NCBI GenBank assembly: GCA_963780735.1
Contig: CAWADB010000012.1
Coordinates: 2,658 to 66,657 of the forward strand
Direction: 5' to 3'
DNA length: 64,000 nucleotides
DNA from: an uncultured Bacteroidales bacterium
GTDB taxonomy: Bacteria > Bacteroidota > Bacteroidia > Bacteroidales > VadinHA17
A program made the position numbers and the translations under genes. Below, piece after piece: positions 16,787 through 24,776 of this stretch; the first letter of the stretch is position 1, and each line of letters opens with the position of its first letter. The notes below the pieces were generated by a model. It ran no database searches, was not told the origin of the DNA, and saw only the letters and a program-made list of their open reading frames with translations.

Positions 16787-19036
16787 TTATCGGGAACTTA
16801 TAACGATAAATTTAACGCTTCTGCCATCGTCCGCCAGGATAATATATAATCCCGGAGCGTAACCATGAAGGTCAATCTCATCCACCTCCGTACCTCTGAA
16901 CACCATGGTTCCATGAGTGTCATATATTCCGCAGTCTATTTTCTGATTTAGCCTGACCGTTGTACCGTATGAGGGGTTGGGATAAACAACAAGCCTGTTA
17001 TCAGCGTGTGTATCCTCAACCGAAGTGGCATTATTTGATCTGCCGGGAGTCGGCACATTAAAAAACACTATTTCGATTGCTCCGTCGCTCTTCCTTCCAC
17101 GGCTGACATCTTCCTGCTGCATCCCGAATGTGACGGTATCGACCATAAGAAAATCTTTGTCATAGATGCCTATCTCTTCACCTTCCTTCGATAGCTTAAA
17201 CGACGTATGGTGGTCCCCGGAAGCAATATTTCCGTCAGCCCAGAAAAGTGCAAAACCTCCAGGGGCAAGGTTGATCGCAGGTAACTGCCACTTATCCGGA
17301 TTATCGAAGTTATCTGTCAGATACAGATCTCCAAGAAACACAGTCTTGTTATCGCCGTTGTAAATTTCAATCCAGTCGCTGTAGTTTCCGAGCTCATCAG
17401 CTACAGTTTCCTCATTATCAGCCATGAATTCATTTATAAACAGCAACGGGGTATTGCCGGTTAAGGGCCTTATAACAGCAGGTTCACAGGGTTTGACATT
17501 GGTCCGTCCATCCCTATCAGCCACAACTATATTGTAAGTTACGGCTGCCGCATCCGGAACACCTCCGAGGGTAACCGAATAGAAGCCCGAACCGGCATAG
17601 TTAAGGACAGCTTGCTTATCGGGTCCGCCATCCACAGCATAGAGCAAAGTCGCGCTCAACGGTAATGCTTCTGCTTCGGCATATACCCTTACCTCAATCC
17701 CATGCACCTGATCACGGCGGTGGCTGATATACTTTATCACCGGCGTCATCGTGCCTGATTCAAGCTGCTGTGACATAGAGAGGATTCTGGTGTTTAAATA
17801 CGGATAAAGACCGTATTTGACATGCCCCCCGGTTGGGCCGGTATATGAAAGCATAAAATCACCGTAATCATATCCGTAATCGAGCGGGTAATACGGATCA
17901 GTTGCAATATATGGTGCGATCATGTTCTTTCGTGACTCAATGCTTTGTGTCAGGGAATCCATGTCGATGGCTGCGGTTATGAGCTGACCGGCATAAAAAG
18001 TGAACTGCTGGCGCAGCTCCGGGTTATTGATAAGGCGGTCATACAGAGGTCTTTTCTCTGACCCTCCCCGCTTCCAGTCATAGATATTCCTCTGCGCCCA
18101 GTCGATATTGAACCAGTCTATACCAAACGTATTATCCACATCATACGGGATATACTCCATCTTGCCCGTTGCGGTATTGTGATAGAGATAGAAGTTATTC
18201 TTGTTATAGATGTACCCGTCCCAGTCGCCGCAAAAGATATCGGCTGCCATTATTTTCAGATAATCGTATGTATTAAACAGGGCGTCAAGGTCACATAACA
18301 GCCTGTCGTCCGGAGAATTTCCGAGAACATCGATAAATGCTGCCAGATCAGAGTAGTCGTCCTCCTCTTTGTTGGTCGTGAGTTCATAAACCCGCCTGTC
18401 TCCTGACATCAGCTTGTAGCTATTCGGATCAGAGCCAAGATAAGCAAGATCAGCAGGATAGAGACATTTGTAAAGATTGCCATCCTTGTTGCCGAAACGT
18501 GAAAGAGCGAATTCTTCATCGATGTTCTCCACGTTAAGATATAACCCGTAATAGTTTCCGTTGATATAAACCCGGACATGATTGGCCCGCGGAGCCGGTA
18601 TGTCCCATTTCCTGAGAATGTCCCACATTAACTTTGAGCGCATGACCGAAGGGTCGTTATGCTCGCCGTTCAGGTTAAGTTTTTCAACTCCGTAGTACTT
18701 GCCTCCGTTGGTAAATGTATTGAACGAGACCCTGAATGATTTTTTCTTCGAATTGCGCGATGTATTTCCCCGGAGCCTGAAGCCCACCGGATCTACTTTA
18801 TCGTCCACTGTTCCGTTATTGAATTCAAAAACGGCATGAAACTCCCGGTCACTTTCAGGATTATTATATATCCAATCCAGGGTGTCAGGATTAACAGTAA
18901 TATCTATCCGCGGCACTGTTGTATCGTCATACAGCGTTCCGTTTTCAGGGAAAGCGGGCTGGGCTGAAATATAATGAGTTAAAAGAAAGCAGATTAATAT
19001 TCCGGAGAAGACCCTTTTCATCCTGCAATTATACAC
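16787..19036 (-). CDS. CotH-kinase-family protein with a lamin-tail-like domain and a T9SS C-terminal sorting domain
   Basis: Signal peptide MKRVFSGILICFLLTHYISAQ (probable start at 19021). CotH blocks LNLNGEHNDPSVMRSKLMWDIL. LTD-like LFINEFMADN...DWIEIYN. C-terminal VVYPNPSYGTTVRL...FIV is typical of a T9SS CTD. Confidence 0.8.
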   Translation of the reverse strand: MYNCRMKRVFSGILICFLLTHYISAQPAFPENGTLYDDTTVPRIDITVNPDTLDWIYNNPESDREFHAVFEFNNGTVDDKVDPVGFRLRGNTSRNSKKKSFRVSFNTFTNGGKYYGVEKLNLNGEHNDPSVMRSKLMWDILRKWDIPAPRANHVRVYINGNYYGLYLNVENIDEEFALSRFGNKDGNLYKCLYPADLAYLGSDPNSYKLMSGDRRVYELTTNKEEDDYSDLAAFIDVLGNSPDDRLLCDLDALFNTYDYLKIMAADIFCGDWDGYIYNKNNFYLYHNTATGKMEYIPYDVDNTFGIDWFNIDWAQRNIYDWKRGGSEKRPLYDRLINNPELRQQFTFYAGQLITAAIDMDSLTQSIESRKNMIAPYIATDPYYPLDYGYDYGDFMLSYTGPTGGHVKYGLYPYLNTRILSMSQQLESGTMTPVIKYISHRRDQVHGIEVRVYAEAEALPLSATLLYAVDGGPDKQAVLNYAGSGFYSVTLGGVPDAAAVTYNIVVADRDGRTNVKPCEPAVIRPLTGNTPLLFINEFMADNEETVADELGNYSDWIEIYNGDNKTVFLGDLYLTDNFDNPDKWQLPAINLAPGGFALFWADGNIASGDHHTSFKLSKEGEEIGIYDKDFLMVDTVTFGMQQEDVSRGRKSDGAIEIVFFNVPTPGRSNNATSVEDTHADNRLVVYPNPSYGTTVRLNQKIDCGIYDTHGTMVFRGTEVDEIDLHGYAPGLYIILADDGRSVKFIVISSR

Positions 19037-19081
19037 AATTTAATACCTTTATGACCGGTGACAAAATTACCGGACAAAAAG

Positions 19082-20425
19082 ATGACAACAAAGACCATTC
19101 GAATGACAGACGGGATCGTGGCCATACGGAAATTCAGGCGCAGCGACAAAGACCGGATGGCAGAGCTGGCAAACAATGAAAAAATAAGCATCAACCTGCG
19201 CGATGCCTTTCCTCATCCTTATACCGCTGCTGACGCTGAAGCTTTCATCGCCGGATGCATCAGTCAAAATCCCGTTGAGATATTCGCCATTGAATACCAC
19301 GGACAGTACGTCGGGAACATAGGACTGCATAAGCAGAGTGACGTTTACAGTAAATCGGCCGAGCTCGGATATTTTATCGGCGAGTCTTACTGGAACAAGG
19401 GAATAACGACCAGGGCGGTGAACCTGATTTGCGAATACGGTTTTAAAGAACTGGATATAATCAGGATCTATTCAGGCATATTTGAATATAATCCGGCATC
19501 TCAGCGCGTACTTGAAAAATGCGGATTTGAAAAGGAAGCCGTAAGTAAAAATGCTGTCTGTAAGAAGGGTAAGATTTATGATGAAATCAGGTATGCCAAA
19601 TGCCTGAAACTGAAGACTGAGGCCGACGGGAAAAAGCAATCCGATCCGGGAACAGGTAAAAAGCAATGGTACGAGGCGCTCTTTGAAAACTACGGGCATA
19701 AATACGATTCTGAGGTTTTCACCCAGGGAACGCAGGGGGAATGTGACTTCCTTGAAAAAGAGCTCGGTTATGACAAATCTCTGAAGATACTTGATGTGGG
19801 ATGCGGGACGGGCAGACATGCGATAGAGCTGACAAAGAGGGGATATAACGTCACCGGCATTGACCTTTCAGAATCCCAGCTGCAGGTGGCAAAAGAAAAG
19901 GCTTCTGCGAAAAATTTAAAAATAAAGTTCCTGAAGCACGACGCCAGAAATCTTCCGTTCGTGAATGAGTTTGATGTGGCGGTAATGCTTTGTGAAGGCG
20001 GCTTCCCGTTGATGGAAACGGATGAAATGAATTTTGAGATATTGAAGAATGTGACAAAGTCCTTAAAGAAAAAGGGCAGGTTCATTTTCACCACTCTTAA
20101 CGGGCTCTTCCCGTTATATCATTCAGTGGAAGCATTCTGTGATTCCACAACTGGTGAAGGTAACGCGACGTACCGGAGCAATACCTTTGACCTGATGACA
20201 TTCCGTGATCATAATATCACAGAGTTCGAAGATGACAATGGCAATAAGAAGACGCTGGATTGCAGTGAAAGGTATTATGTGCCGAGTGAAATCACCTGGC
20301 TTCTGAAGTCGCTTGGATTTTCTAAAGTTGAGATATTGGGCGCAAAACTGGGGGCTTTCTCGAGGAATGACAAGCTGACCACCGAAGATTTCGAGATGCT
20401 TGTAATTGCCTCAGATATCGGCTGA
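19082..20425 (+). CDS. Fusion protein: N-terminal GNAT (RimJ/RimL-like) acetyltransferase plus C-terminal class I SAM-dependent methyltransferase
   Basis: GNAT blocks IGLHKQ...ELGYFIGESYWNKGITTRAV...NPASQRVLEKCGF. Linker KTEADGKKQSDPGTGKK. MTase motif I ILDVGCGTGRHAIEL. ATG 19082 is preferred to the track GTG 19058. Confidence 0.8.
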   Translation: MTTKTIRMTDGIVAIRKFRRSDKDRMAELANNEKISINLRDAFPHPYTAADAEAFIAGCISQNPVEIFAIEYHGQYVGNIGLHKQSDVYSKSAELGYFIGESYWNKGITTRAVNLICEYGFKELDIIRIYSGIFEYNPASQRVLEKCGFEKEAVSKNAVCKKGKIYDEIRYAKCLKLKTEADGKKQSDPGTGKKQWYEALFENYGHKYDSEVFTQGTQGECDFLEKELGYDKSLKILDVGCGTGRHAIELTKRGYNVTGIDLSESQLQVAKEKASAKNLKIKFLKHDARNLPFVNEFDVAVMLCEGGFPLMETDEMNFEILKNVTKSLKKKGRFIFTTLNGLFPLYHSVEAFCDSTTGEGNATYRSNTFDLMTFRDHNITEFEDDNGNKKTLDCSERYYVPSEITWLLKSLGFSKVEILGAKLGAFSRNDKLTTEDFEMLVIASDIG

Positions 20426-20541
20426 AAGTAGGAAAACATATCTGATTAGCGTTGTAAAAGAACCTGGAGGAAAATTAAAGTTACCTGCAGAGGCCGATGA
20501 AAAATTTGTTTTGCTTGATTGTATATTACAATATAATGTGC

Positions 20542-20549
20542 TAACTTTG
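20542..20549 (+). promoter_or_regulatory. Bacteroidota-type -7 promoter box upstream of mazE
   Basis: TAACTTTG lies 26 nt upstream of ATG 20575, followed by the palindrome GTAATTAC. Confidence 0.5.
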
Positions 20550-20574
20550 TAATTACATTTAATTTATTCTCATA

Positions 20575-20820
20575 ATGGAAGTATCAGTTGTTAAAATAGG
20601 AAACTCGAGGGGAATAAGGTTCAGTAAAACCGTTATTGAGAGGTATAATATCCGGGATACGGTTGAAATGATTCTGGATAAAGGACATATTATTATCAAA
20701 CCGATTGCTAAACCAAGGAAGGGCTGGGATAAAGCCTTTATGGAGATGCACGCAAACGGAGATGACAAGCTCATGATACATGATATTTTCGAAGAAGAAA
20801 ATCCTGAGGAATGGAAATAA
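20575..20820 (+). CDS. mazE: Type II antitoxin, MazE/PemI (AbrB/SpoVT fold)
   Basis: 81 aa. VKIGNSRGIRFSKTVIERYNI is a SpoVT/AbrB-type swapped-hairpin motif. Acidic C-terminus. Overlaps the toxin gene by 10 nt. Confidence 0.85.
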   Translation: MEVSVVKIGNSRGIRFSKTVIERYNIRDTVEMILDKGHIIIKPIAKPRKGWDKAFMEMHANGDDKLMIHDIFEEENPEEWK

Positions 20821-21134
20821 AGCAATACCAGATAATGCTTGTCAACCTTGATCCGACACTTGGGAGTGAGATCAAAAAAACAAGACCCTGTGTCGTTATT
20901 TCACCTGACGAAATGAACAACCATCTGAGAACGGTTGTAATTGCACCAATGACAACAATCTCAAAAAACTATCCTTCACGGGTAGAAATCAAACACGATA
21001 ACAAGACCGGCTGGATTGTACTGGATCAAATCAGGACCATTGATAAACAGAGAATTCTTAAGGATCTTGGAAAACTATCCAAGCCAGAAATAAAAGAGGT
21101 AAAGTCAATTCTGAAAGAGACATTCGTTGACTAA
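20811..21134 (+). CDS. mazF: Type II toxin, MazF/PemK endoribonuclease family
   Basis: 107 aa with LVNLDPTLGSEIKKTRPCVVISPD...VVIAPMT...LDQIRTIDKQR, characteristic of PemK/MazF. Confidence 0.9.
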   Translation: MEIKQYQIMLVNLDPTLGSEIKKTRPCVVISPDEMNNHLRTVVIAPMTTISKNYPSRVEIKHDNKTGWIVLDQIRTIDKQRILKDLGKLSKPEIKEVKSILKETFVD

Positions 21135-21160
21135 ATAAGTCACTGAGGCTAAGCCCCATG

Positions 21161-21194
21161 CAACAAGAAACAGCCTTGCGGCTGTTTCTTGTTG
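21161..21194. terminator. Perfect 15-bp-stem hairpin between mazF and tRNA-Gln (terminator or processing-site candidate, no U-tract)
   Basis: CAACAAGAAACAGCC (21161-21175), loop TTGC, GGCTGTTTCTTGTTG (21180-21194). It abuts and overlaps the tRNA 3-prime end by 3 nt. Confidence 0.5.
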
Positions 21195-21264
21195 ACCCAC
21201 AGGGGTTCGAACCCCGACTCTTCTGAACCAAAATCAGACGTGTTGCCAATTACACCATGGGTCA
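21192..21264 (-). tRNA. tRNA-Gln (anticodon UUG)
   Basis: The reverse complement TGACCCATGGTGTAATTGGCAACACGTCTGATTTTGGTTCAGAAGAGTCGGGGTTCGAACCCCTGTGGGTCAA folds as a cloverleaf. Acceptor TGACCCA/TGGGTCA, D stem GTGT/ACAC, anticodon stem TCTGA/TCAGA with loop TT-TTG-GT, T loop TTCGAAC. No encoded CCA. Confidence 0.9.
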
Positions 21265-21309
21265 ATCGGCGCCTGATAAGGCGTGGCAAAAGTAGATATT
21301 TTTTTGAAT

Positions 21310-21687
21310 TCAGGATTGCTCTGTCTCGTAAAAGATAAACGGACAGTCAATGAATGAGTGAATAATCTGACCAAGCTCATACAACTCGTCATCTCCCCTT
21401 TCATAAAACCATTCTATCGAGACCCTGTTGTGAACATCATCGTAAAGTGATAGTTTCTTAATGAGACCATAAACCCACTTTGTCGATGCCGTATTGATGA
21501 AATCAAAAGAAAGAGATACACGCGTTCTGATTGCCGTGCGGGCCACATATTCAGTTACCCACTCCTCAAGAGGACGGTAAAAATCAGAAGCGTTCTCGGG
21601 TATAGACCTCCCCCTGATCTCAAGGTGACCCTCAAGAAACAATACTTCAGGCGTAACCTTCGTAGGCTCTATCTTAATAATATTCAT
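21310..21687 (-). CDS. DUF1987 (SiaC-like) domain protein
   Basis: MNIIKIEPTKVTPEVLFLEGHLEIRGRSIPENASDFYRPLEEWV...FDFINTASTKWVYGLIKKL matches the DUF1987/SiaC pattern as I recall it. The internal ATG 21687 is preferred over the track start 21732. Confidence 0.7.
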   Translation of the reverse strand: MNIIKIEPTKVTPEVLFLEGHLEIRGRSIPENASDFYRPLEEWVTEYVARTAIRTRVSLSFDFINTASTKWVYGLIKKLSLYDDVHNRVSIEWFYERGDDELYELGQIIHSFIDCPFIFYETEQS

Positions 21688-21767
21688 TCCCATTTTAGCC
21701 GCAATAAAAAATCCCCCCTGTGTGGCATTCACAAAAATAGTAAAATTAGGTTTGCCGCTGAGTACAA

Positions 21768-22049
21768 TCAGTTATTTTTCGGTTCGTGGGAAAACAGAGT
21801 GAGCTCACCCTGCTCCCACAGCGTCGGATGCTCGCTGTCAAACCTGCCTATGATGGCATGCATGATGGTGCGACGCATGAAATCCGCCTTGCTCCTCACC
21901 CTGAAACGCTGACAGTAGATGTTGAGAGCCCTCGCCTCCCTCTCATTGAGCCTGAGAGTCAGGTTAGTCGTTCTCTTTATCTTCTCCTCAGTGAGATGTA
22001 TGCGTTTCAACCCGGCTTTAAATTTTATACTAAAATAGCCTCCGGCCAC
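21768..22049 (-). CDS. Small ribbon-helix-helix-like (MobC/CopG-type) DNA-binding protein, hypothetical
   Basis: 93 aa. LTLRLNEREARALNIYCQRFRVRSKADFMRRTIMHAI has the beta-strand / helix / helix pattern of RHH proteins. Confidence 0.5.
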   Translation of the reverse strand: MAGGYFSIKFKAGLKRIHLTEEKIKRTTNLTLRLNEREARALNIYCQRFRVRSKADFMRRTIMHAIIGRFDSEHPTLWEQGELTLFSHEPKNN

Positions 22050-22144
22050 GGTATTTACAGCCAGGGAAACAGTGATTTATTAACAACAAAAAGCAGGTCG
22101 TTCATAACGAGCTGACCTGCTTGATGTTATAGTATTAATAAGTA

Positions 22145-23221
22145 TTAAAGCCTGTTAAGGGCGTTGAGGTCTCCGAAGGCTTCCTTAAGCCTTGCAGTGA
22201 ATGTTTCCTGGCCCTTACGGAGCCATACCCTCGGGTCATAATACTTTTTATTGGGCTTGTCTTCACCTTCAGGATTTCCGATCTGGCCCTGCAGGTAACC
22301 CTTTTTGGCCTCATAGTAATCCCTGACACCTGCCCAGAATGCCCACTGCATATCGGTATCAAGATTCATTTTTACTGCACCGTATTTTATGGCTTCGGTG
22401 ATCTTTTCCTTCTCAGACCCTGAGCCTCCGTGAAACACAAAATTGACAGGATTGGGACCCGTCTTGTGCTTCTTCTGGATATAGTCCTGCGAGTTCTTAA
22501 GTATCTCAGGCTTAAGGGTAACGTTACCGGGCTTATAAACACCGTGCACATTGCCGAATGAGGCAGCTATGGTGAAGTTTCCCGAGACCTTCAGGAGCTC
22601 CTCATATGCATAAGCCACATCCTCGGGCTGTGTATAGAGCTTTGAGCTGCTTATCCCTGTATTATCGACGCCATCCTCTTCGCCTCCGGTAACACCAAGT
22701 TCAATCTCAAGCGTCATGCCAAGCTTGTCCATACGCTCAAGGTATTTCTTGCATGTCTCAATGTTTTCTTTCAGAGGCTCCTCGGAGAGATCAAGCATAT
22801 GAGAGCTGAACAGCGGCTTGCCGTTGGTTTCATAAAACTCCTCACCGGCATCCAGCAGGGCGTCTATCCATGGAAGGAGCTTACGTGCTGCATGGTCAGT
22901 GTGAAGTATTACCGGGATACCGTAGTACTCTGCCACGTTATGTACATGAAGAGCGCCTGATATTCCGCCGGCGATGGCTCCTGTATGGTTCTCTTTCGTC
23001 AGACCCTGACCGGCAAAGAAATGCGCTCCGCCGTTTGAAAACTGAACTATCACGGGCGAATTCACCTCCCGTGCTGTCTCAAGCACAGCATTCACCGAGT
23101 CAGTCCCGATAACATTAACTGCAGGAATGGCAAAATCATTCTTGTTTGCATAATCAAACAGTTTCTTTACATCTTCTCCGGAGATGACACCGGGCTCAAG
23201 ATTTAATCCTTTGTTACTCAT
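22145..23221 (-). CDS. fbaA: Class II fructose-1,6-bisphosphate aldolase
   Basis: MSNKGLNLEPGVISGEDVKKLFDYANKNDFAIPAVNVIG..., HTDHA, GVTGGEEDGV, FVFHGGSGS. Start at ATG 23221 rather than the track start 23350. Confidence 0.9.
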   Translation of the reverse strand: MSNKGLNLEPGVISGEDVKKLFDYANKNDFAIPAVNVIGTDSVNAVLETAREVNSPVIVQFSNGGAHFFAGQGLTKENHTGAIAGGISGALHVHNVAEYYGIPVILHTDHAARKLLPWIDALLDAGEEFYETNGKPLFSSHMLDLSEEPLKENIETCKKYLERMDKLGMTLEIELGVTGGEEDGVDNTGISSSKLYTQPEDVAYAYEELLKVSGNFTIAASFGNVHGVYKPGNVTLKPEILKNSQDYIQKKHKTGPNPVNFVFHGGSGSEKEKITEAIKYGAVKMNLDTDMQWAFWAGVRDYYEAKKGYLQGQIGNPEGEDKPNKKYYDPRVWLRKGQETFTARLKEAFGDLNALNRL

Positions 23222-23389
23222 TCTTTTGTATGTTTTATTGAATTTTTGAAGTCGGTTGCGGCAAAGATAAGTAAAAATGCAAGACACTTTTCTGATCCCC
23301 GTGCAGCATGATAATATCTTTGATGTCTTTATTATACTGATCAATTTCATATCTTCGTAGCTTCGTTTTAAAGTCCTTATTAAGTGAAC

Positions 23390-24757
23390 ATGAAAAGAAA
23401 CTTTTTTATCCTAAGCATCGTCATGCTGCTTAGTCCTTTGCTTCTCTTTTCACAGCAGAAACAGTGGACGTTTGAAGAGTGCATTGCCCATGCTCTTGCG
23501 AACAACATTCAGATAAAACAGCAGGAGATAATGACCAGGTATCAGGAATCCACTCTGGAACAGTCGAAATTAAATCTCCTCCCTTCCCTGAATGGAAGCG
23601 CCAACCACTATTATTCTTTTGGCCGGGCGTATGACGAGACTTCCAACAGGTATACCGAGGGCGAAACCGTGCAGTCTAACAGCTTCAATATCGGTTCAAA
23701 CATGTCACTGTTCAACGGGCTGGTTAATTACAATACCATCCAGAAGAACAAGTTTGAACTGCTTGCAACCGAGCAGGATCTGGAAGAATTCAGGGACAAT
23801 ATCGCCCTGAATGTTGCACTTGCATATCTTCAGATACTGCTGAACAACGAACTGGTAGCCACCACTGCCTCACAGGTTGAACTGACAAAGCAGCAGATTG
23901 ACCGCACTGCCAAGCTGGTCGATGCAGGAAGCCTTGCGCGCGGAAACCTCCTGGATATTGAAGCCCAGGCAGCCCGTGAAGAGCTGCAGCTGATCACCCT
24001 CCAGAACCAGCTGGCAATATCCGTCCTGACCCTGGCACAGCTGCTTGAATTGCCTTCGGCTGACGACTTTAAGATTGATATTCCTGAGATTACCGTTGAT
24101 CCCGTTGCGTTTGAAAGTAATCCTGACTCCATTTATTCCGTTGCGGAAAAAATCAGACCGGCAATCCTGGGTGCAGAGTACAAGCTGAAAGGTGCCGAGT
24201 ATGACCTGGCCATTGCAAAGGGCGGCAGGAGCCCTCAGCTCTCAGTGGGCGCTTCATGGAACACGGCATATTCAGATAACAGGATCGATCTGGTTACCCT
24301 GGAACCCTATGATTTCGGAACACAGCTGGATATTAACAGGAACGGCGCAGTTGGTTTTTCGCTGAGCATTCCCATACTGAACGGGTGGATGGTCAACACC
24401 CGGATCAAAAACTCCAGGCTGGGAATTGAAAATTCGCGGTACGCGCTTGAAAATACGAAGAAACAACTTTACAAGAATATCCAACAGGCTTATACTGATG
24501 CAACAGGAGCGCTGAAAAGGTACTATTCCAGCCAGAAGGCTGTATCATCAATGGAGGAGGCTTACAGGTATGCCGAGCAAAAATTGAATGTTGGCCTGGT
24601 CACTGCCGTCGATTACAATCAGTCAAAGACGCAGCTGCTGAATGCCCAGAGCGAAATGGCCCAGGCAAAATATGAATATGTCTTCAAGACAAAGGTTCTT
24701 GATTTTTACAAAGGCATCCCGCTTTCTCTTCAGCACATTGGCATTATGGCACTTTAA
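23390..24757 (+). CDS. TolC-family outer-membrane efflux protein
   Basis: Signal peptide MKRNFFILSIVMLLSPLLLFSQQ. Two OEP repeats. Typical start WTFEECIAHALANNIQIKQ. Confidence 0.85.
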   Translation: MKRNFFILSIVMLLSPLLLFSQQKQWTFEECIAHALANNIQIKQQEIMTRYQESTLEQSKLNLLPSLNGSANHYYSFGRAYDETSNRYTEGETVQSNSFNIGSNMSLFNGLVNYNTIQKNKFELLATEQDLEEFRDNIALNVALAYLQILLNNELVATTASQVELTKQQIDRTAKLVDAGSLARGNLLDIEAQAAREELQLITLQNQLAISVLTLAQLLELPSADDFKIDIPEITVDPVAFESNPDSIYSVAEKIRPAILGAEYKLKGAEYDLAIAKGGRSPQLSVGASWNTAYSDNRIDLVTLEPYDFGTQLDINRNGAVGFSLSIPILNGWMVNTRIKNSRLGIENSRYALENTKKQLYKNIQQAYTDATGALKRYYSSQKAVSSMEEAYRYAEQKLNVGLVTAVDYNQSKTQLLNAQSEMAQAKYEYVFKTKVLDFYKGIPLSLQHIGIMAL

Positions 24758-24776
24758 TTCAGAAAACTCATTTGAA

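Noticed and set aside
20426-21264. Integrated mobile element or prophage remnant at tRNA-Gln
   Set aside because: I could see no integrase, transposase or direct repeat of the tRNA 3-prime end. Only the small mazEF module is present, so I report it as a possible islet, not a mobile element.
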